Below are positions 28,623 to 33,216 of a stretch of 33,216 nucleotides of DNA, piece after piece. How positions within the stretch are numbered: position 1 is the first letter of the stretch; every line of letters starts with the position of its first letter. The notes beneath the pieces are model-generated. The model was not told the DNA's origin and did not search any database. It saw only the letters and a program-made list of their open reading frames with translations. The stretch comes from Candidatus Eiseniibacteriota bacterium (GTDB taxonomy: Bacteria > ARS69). The stretch is taken from contig JBQTGV010000099.1 in NCBI GenBank assembly GCA_052390515.1, positions 1 to 33,216 on the forward strand, written 5' to 3'. The position numbers were made by a program, and so were the translations under genes.

Positions 28623-29363
28623 CTATCTCCGGGGTTCGGGGTTCTCGGCCATGGACGCGAGCGCCAGCGTCACCGCGACGATCGCGGCGGTCTCGGTGCG
28701 AAGCCGCGTCGGACCGAGCGAGACGGAAACGGCGCCGGCCCGGACGCCCTCCTCCAGCTCCTCGTCGGTGAAGCCGCCTTCCGGGCCCACGAAGATCGTG
28801 ATCGGCCGGCGCGACGTGGACTCGATGACGGACGAGACGGATGCGGCGGTGAGGGCGGGATGGGCGAAGAGCATCGCGCCGCGCGCCGCCTCGGCGAGTG
28901 CCTCGGCCAGAGTGCACACCGGCGCGATCTCCGGCAGATGCACGCGTCCCGACTGCGCCACCGCCGCGCGCGCGACGCGCCTCCAGCGGTCGATCCGTTC
29001 CGAGTCGTCGCGCCCTTTCACCACCGACCGCGCGGCCACCAGCGGAACGATCCGGCCGACGCCGCACTCCACGGTCTTCTCCACCGCGACCTCCATCCGC
29101 CCGCCCCTCGGAGGCGCGATCGCCAGGACGAGATCCCGCTCCGCGCCCGGGGCGCGCTCGCTCTGCTGCACGACGCCCGCTTCGAGAACGTGGCGATCGA
29201 CGCGCTCGGCCTGCAGCAGGAACTCGTGGCCGGCACCGTCGGTGGCGAGGAACCGTTCGCCGCGCTCGACGCGCAGCACGTCGGCGAGGTGATGCCGCTC
29301 GCTGCCGGACACGACCGCGCGCGTCCCCGAGAAGCACTCCGGCGAGAGGAAGACGCGGTCCAC
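28623..29363 (-). CDS. rsmE: 16S rRNA m3U1498 methyltransferase
   Basis: HHLADVLR, EKTVECGV, AVAQSGR, VGPEGGF, LGPTRLRTETAA. Confidence 0.95.
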   Translation of the reverse strand: MDRVFLSPECFSGTRAVVSGSERHHLADVLRVERGERFLATDGAGHEFLLQAERVDRHVLEAGVVQQSERAPGAERDLVLAIAPPRGGRMEVAVEKTVECGVGRIVPLVAARSVVKGRDDSERIDRWRRVARAAVAQSGRVHLPEIAPVCTLAEALAEAARGAMLFAHPALTAASVSSVIESTSRRPITIFVGPEGGFTDEELEEGVRAGAVSVSLGPTRLRTETAAIVAVTLALASMAENPEPRR

Positions 29364-29382
29364 GGCGCGGAAGCCGCCGGCC

Positions 29383-29781
29383 TCAGAACCGGAACGTGGC
29401 GAGGCGCACGCGCGCACCCGGATGATGCGGGTCGGGCTCCACGCCCGGGAAAGCCAGCACCCACTCGCCCGGCCCGCGCTCCAGGAACGCCCGCGGCGAC
29501 GGCCGCGTCGACACGTGATAGAGCCCGTAGCCGAAGCCGAAGAAGGTACCCGCCACGAAGCCCCACTTGACCGGTTCGCCGTCATCGCCCTCGTCGACCA
29601 GCGAGACGGCGAGCCCCAGCAGGGCTCCGGCGCCGCCGCCGTACATCGTCGACTTGAACACCGCCGCCATCGGGTTCGCGTCGCCTTCGCGATGCTCGAC
29701 GATCTGCGCGGGAGCTTCGGCGGCGCAGAGCAGAACCGCGGCGAGGACCGCGGCCGACCCGCGAGAGAGACAGGTGAGCAT
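29383..29781 (-). CDS. Small exported/membrane hypothetical protein with glycine-rich segments
   Basis: GGAGG SD, signal peptide (..AEAPA), GGGAGALLGLA and GFVAGTFFGFGYG, C-terminal FRF; fills the dnaJ-rsmE gap. Confidence 0.75.
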   Translation of the reverse strand: MLTCLSRGSAAVLAAVLLCAAEAPAQIVEHREGDANPMAAVFKSTMYGGGAGALLGLAVSLVDEGDDGEPVKWGFVAGTFFGFGYGLYHVSTRPSPRAFLERGPGEWVLAFPGVEPDPHHPGARVRLATFRF

Positions 29782-29814
29782 GTCCGCCTCCGGCGGAGGG
29801 GAGGATCGCCGTCG

Positions 29815-29843
29815 AATCTAGGAGTCGACGCGCGGGGCGTCAA
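29815..29843 (-). promoter_or_regulatory. Putative internal sigma70 promoter downstream of dnaJ
   Basis: TTGACG-N17-TAGATT on the minus strand. Confidence 0.6.
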
Positions 29844-29850
29844 CGCCTCG

Positions 29851-31002
29851 CTACCGGAAGGCGTCGCGGATGCGCTCGAACACGCCCTTGCCCGGCTCCG
29901 GCGTGGCGCTCTGCACCTCGGCGAACTTTTCCAAGAGCAGCTTCTCGTCGCGGGAGAGCTTCGTCGGGGTCCACACCCGCACGCGGACCAGTTGATCGCC
30001 CCGATTGGCGGAGCGGACGTGCGGGATCCCCTGTCCGCGCAGGCGGAAGACTTTGTGGGACTGCGTGCCCGCGGGGATGTCGATGCGTGCCGAGCCGTTC
30101 AGCGTCGGCACCTCGATCTTGCCGCCGAGTGCCGCTGCGGTGAACGAAACCGGGACGTCGCAGACGATGTCGTCGCCGTGGCGCTCGAACAGCTCGTGGG
30201 GCTTCTCCTCGATCAGGACGATCAGGTCCCCCGGTGGTCCGCCCTGCGGGCCCGCATCGCCCTTTCCGGGGATGGGGATGTAGTTCCCGGTGGCCACGCC
30301 CGCGGGAACGTCCACCGAGATCGTCTCCGCGACTTCCGCGCGGCCGTCTCCCCCGCACGCCTGGCATGGGTCGGCCACGATCTGTCCGCGGCCGTGACAC
30401 GCGCCGCACGGCATGACCGTCACCATCTGGCCGAGGAAAGACCGTTGCACGCGCTGCACCTGCCCCGCCCCGCCGCACTCGCGGCAGGTCACCGTGGTAC
30501 CGGACCTCGCCCCGGTGCCGCTGCACGTCGAACACTTCCCGCGGCGCTTGAGCCGGATCTTCTTCGTGGCGCCCGAGGCCACCTCTTCGAGCGTCAGCTT
30601 GAGATGCACCTGCAGGTTCCGGCCTTGCCGGGCGGACGCTCGCCCAGCGCTTCCTCCCCCGAATCCGAAGCCGCCGCCGAAGAGGTCCTCGAACCCGCCG
30701 AAGTCCCGCATGAAGGCGCGAAGCGCGTCGGACAGATCGAACCCGGCGGCGCCGGGTCCGCCGGCACCCGCGAAGGCGCCGTCGACGCCGGCGTGACCGA
30801 ACTGATCGTAGCGCTTCCGCTTCTCGTCGTCGTGGAGCACCTCGTACGCCGCGGTGGCCTCCTTGAACTTCTCCTCCGCCTCGGCGTTGCCGGGGTTGCG
30901 GTCCGGGTGATGCTCGAGCGCCTTCTTGCGATAGGCCTTCTTGATGTCGTCGGCGGTGGCGCTGCGCTCCACCCCGAGGACCTCGTAGTAGTCGCGTGGC
31001 AT
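29851..31002 (-). CDS. dnaJ: Chaperone DnaJ
   Basis: [13 protein letters not shown] region, four CxxCxGxG repeats. Confidence 0.98.
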   Translation of the reverse strand: MPRDYYEVLGVERSATADDIKKAYRKKALEHHPDRNPGNAEAEEKFKEATAAYEVLHDDEKRKRYDQFGHAGVDGAFAGAGGPGAAGFDLSDALRAFMRDFGGFEDLFGGGFGFGGGSAGRASARQGRNLQVHLKLTLEEVASGATKKIRLKRRGKCSTCSGTGARSGTTVTCRECGGAGQVQRVQRSFLGQMVTVMPCGACHGRGQIVADPCQACGGDGRAEVAETISVDVPAGVATGNYIPIPGKGDAGPQGGPPGDLIVLIEEKPHELFERHGDDIVCDVPVSFTAAALGGKIEVPTLNGSARIDIPAGTQSHKVFRLRGQGIPHVRSANRGDQLVRVRVWTPTKLSRDEKLLLEKFAEVQSATPEPGKGVFERIRDAFR

Positions 31003-31008
31003 CGTCGT

Positions 31009-31569
31009 CTACTCCTCGGGTGCCCTGGCGACGACGACCCGCGCGGGGCGGAGCACCTTCTCGCCCATGAGGTAGCCGGCCTGCAGCTCCTGGACGACGG
31101 TGTTCGGCGCCGCGTCGGCCGACGGCGCGGTGGAAAGCGCCTCGTGCACCGCCGGATCGAAGGGGGCGCCCACGGACTCGATCCGCGAGACCCCGTGGCG
31201 CTGGAGCAGATCGCGCAGGCCGCGCGCTACGATGCCCAGGCCATCCAGGAACGGCGTGGGGGCGTCGTCTCCCGCGAGCGCCAGAGCGCGGTCGAAGTCG
31301 TCGGCGAAGATCAGGAGCTCGGCGAGCACTCCGGCCGCACCCGTAGCCGCCGCCTCGCGCCGCTCGCGCTCGCTGCGCTTGCGGTAGTTGTCGAACTCGG
31401 CGAGCGTGCGGAGCGCCCGGTCACCCGCCGCCGCCGCCTCGGAGCGCGCGGTTTCGAGCGCCTGCTCGAGCTCGGCGATCTTCGCCCTGGCCTCGGCGAT
31501 CTTCGCCCGCGACTTCCTCGGCCCATGAGACTTCGGATCGCTCACGTCGCTCACACCGCCCTGGGACAT
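31009..31569 (-). CDS. grpE: Nucleotide exchange factor GrpE
   Basis: AEFDNYRKR, DDFDRAL, FDPAVHEA, GY..VLRPARVVV. GAGGAG SD. Confidence 0.96.
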   Translation of the reverse strand: MSQGGVSDVSDPKSHGPRKSRAKIAEARAKIAELEQALETARSEAAAAGDRALRTLAEFDNYRKRSERERREAAATGAAGVLAELLIFADDFDRALALAGDDAPTPFLDGLGIVARGLRDLLQRHGVSRIESVGAPFDPAVHEALSTAPSADAAPNTVVQELQAGYLMGEKVLRPARVVVARAPEE

Positions 31570-31579
31570 TCCGCGCTCC

Positions 31580-32629
31580 TCAGTTCCGGACCAGCACACG
31601 CCCCACGGCGCGCGCCACGTAGTCGACGAGCGAGACGATGCGCTCGTAGGGCATGCGCGTCGGGCCGATCACGCCGACCGACCCGCCGAACTCGCCGAAG
31701 CGATAGGAAACGGCCACCACGCTGCAGTTCCGAAGCTCCGGCACGGGATTCTCGTCGCCGATCGTGATGCACACGTTGCGGCGGTGACGCGTGGGCTCGA
31801 AGAGCCCGTGCAGCACCTCTCGCTCCTCCAGCGCGCGGAAGATGCCGCGCAGGCGGTCGCGGTCCTCGAACTCGGGCTGAGCGAGGATGTTCTGCGCGCC
31901 CCACAAGTGGAAGTGGTCCTTCAGCTCTCCGTTGCGCAGCTCTTCCGCGCCCTGGTAGACCGCCGCCGCCAGCGCGAGCCCGCGCACTCGCACCCGCGTC
32001 CCTTCGTCGTCCCGCAGCGCGATCACCTCCGCGAGCGTGCGTCCCCGCGCCAGCGGGTTCAGCGTCTGCAGCGCGTCGCGGAGGTCGTCGGAGCGGATCT
32101 CCCGGTCCGACCCGACGACGACGGTGCGCTCCAGACCGGAGGACATGCGGAAGACGACGAGCAGGCAGCGCGTGTCGACCTGGGAGAGCTCGATCCGCTC
32201 AAGCACGCTCTTGTCGTAGCGGGGCGAGAGCACGACGGAGAGCTGCTCCGACAGCTGGCCGAGGACGACGCACGCCTGATCCAGCAGGGCCTCGAGGCTG
32301 CCGAAGCTCGCCGGGCCGAGGGCGTCATCGACGGCGCGTACGTGGCGCTTGCCGACGGCCGGAAGGTGCATCAGCTCGTCCACGAAGAAGCGGTAGCCGG
32401 CGTTGGTGGGGAGGCGGCCCCCGGAGGTGTGCCGATGGGTGAGCAGCCCCTTCTCCTCGAGGTCCATCATGCAGTTGCGGATCGAGGCCGGGGACAGCCC
32501 CAGGCCCGACGAGCGCGCCACCCAGCGGGAGCCGACCGCGGAGGCGGTCGTCACGTAGCCGCGGACCACGGTGGAGAGCACAGAGCGCTCGCGAGGGGAG
32601 ACGTCCTGGATCTGGGTGGTGCGGGGCAT
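31580..32629 (-). CDS. hrcA: Heat-inducible transcription repressor HrcA
   Basis: SPASIRNCMMDLE, HTSGGRLPT..GYRFFVD, ILAQPEF, GVIGPTRMPY. Confidence 0.96.
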   Translation of the reverse strand: MPRTTQIQDVSPRERSVLSTVVRGYVTTASAVGSRWVARSSGLGLSPASIRNCMMDLEEKGLLTHRHTSGGRLPTNAGYRFFVDELMHLPAVGKRHVRAVDDALGPASFGSLEALLDQACVVLGQLSEQLSVVLSPRYDKSVLERIELSQVDTRCLLVVFRMSSGLERTVVVGSDREIRSDDLRDALQTLNPLARGRTLAEVIALRDDEGTRVRVRGLALAAAVYQGAEELRNGELKDHFHLWGAQNILAQPEFEDRDRLRGIFRALEEREVLHGLFEPTRHRRNVCITIGDENPVPELRNCSVVAVSYRFGEFGGSVGVIGPTRMPYERIVSLVDYVARAVGRVLVRN

Positions 32630-32646
32630 CGTCGGCGGCCTCGGGT

Positions 32647-32674
32647 TTGGCACTCTTGGGGTGATGAGTGCCAG
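32647..32674. promoter_or_regulatory. CIRCE-like operator with 10-nt spacer
   Basis: TTGGCACTC-TTGGGGTGAT-GAGTGCCAG between the hrcA promoter and start codon. Confidence 0.88.
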
Positions 32675-32681
32675 TCGCGGC

Positions 32682-32710
32682 AAGATAGGGAGACCCCCCT
32701 CCCGAGTCAA
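32682..32710 (-). promoter_or_regulatory. sigma70 promoter of the hrcA operon
   Basis: TTGACT-N17-TATCTT immediately upstream of the CIRCE. Confidence 0.75.
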
Positions 32711-32774
32711 GGGCTCTCAAGGCGCGTCCCGCCGGGGCCGATCCTCGGGCCGCACCCTGCCTCGGAGCGGACAC

Positions 32775-33119
32775 TTGGACATCCTGGACCCGGCCCTGCT
32801 GCTCGAGAACCTGGACGGCGACCGAGAACTCCTCGCCGAGATCATCTGGCTCTTCCTGGAGAGCAGCCGTGACCTGCACGGCGCGCTTCGCCAAGCGGTC
32901 TCCCGCGGCGACACCGACGCCGTGCACCGGTCCGCGCACCAGCTGAAGGGCGCGCTCGCGAACGTGGGAGCCCAGGCCGCTACGCACGCCGCCCAGCAGC
33001 TCGAGACGCTGGGGCGGCGGCGCAGCATGGCCGGTCTCGAGGACGCGCTGTTCGCCCTGGAGCACGAGCTCGGGCGGCTGAAGCCCGCGCTGGAAGAGCT
33101 GGTCCGCTCAGACACCTAG
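32775..33119 (+). CDS. Stand-alone Hpt (histidine phosphotransfer) protein
   Basis: LDGDRELLAEI..F, AHQLKGALANVGA, AQQLE. GGAG SD before TTG. Confidence 0.9.
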   Translation: MDILDPALLLENLDGDRELLAEIIWLFLESSRDLHGALRQAVSRGDTDAVHRSAHQLKGALANVGAQAATHAAQQLETLGRRRSMAGLEDALFALEHELGRLKPALEELVRSDT

Positions 33120-33216
33120 TGTTCCGTCTCGAAAGAAATGATCCGATGGCCGAGCGTCGTAGCCGCCGTGTCCGGAGCCACGGACGGCGGAGGCCGGCGG
33201 CCACGAAGCGAGCGAG

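Noticed and set aside
33138-33216. Partial ORF or GC hairpin at the window end
   Set aside because: Too short to assign frame or function.

Overview
High-GC bacterial chromosomal window of mostly core housekeeping genes. I see no integrase, transposase, phage gene or CRISPR array. An outer-membrane barrel gene suggests a diderm host; the lineage cannot be fixed from this window. Minus-strand backbone, right to left: CIRCE-hrcA-grpE-dnaJ (no dnaK)-small exported protein-rsmE-HIT; mutS2-dnaG-rpoD-rmlC-exported PHP hydrolase-MFS; a serine-racemase-like PLP enzyme; tRNA-Ile2(CAT)-tRNA-Val(CAC)-C4 zinc-ribbon protein-RNase HI; RNase P RNA-recJ-rel-pgeF-nucleotidyltransferase-beta-propeller-dtd::maf; and a partial PAS histidine kinase. 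Plus strand: tricorn protease, SAM methyltransferase, DinB, beta-barrel, Rrf2 regulator, Hpt protein. The most notable points are: an in-frame D-aminoacyl-tRNA deacylase/Maf pyrophosphatase fusion ending a tightly coupled rel operon; a CIRCE with a 10-nt spacer; a serine-racemase-like enzyme sharing a 45-bp apparently double-leaderless promoter region; an orphan rmlC plus mosaic PHP protein coupled to rpoD; and several structured leaders. All calls come from motif recognition by eye; no searches were run.
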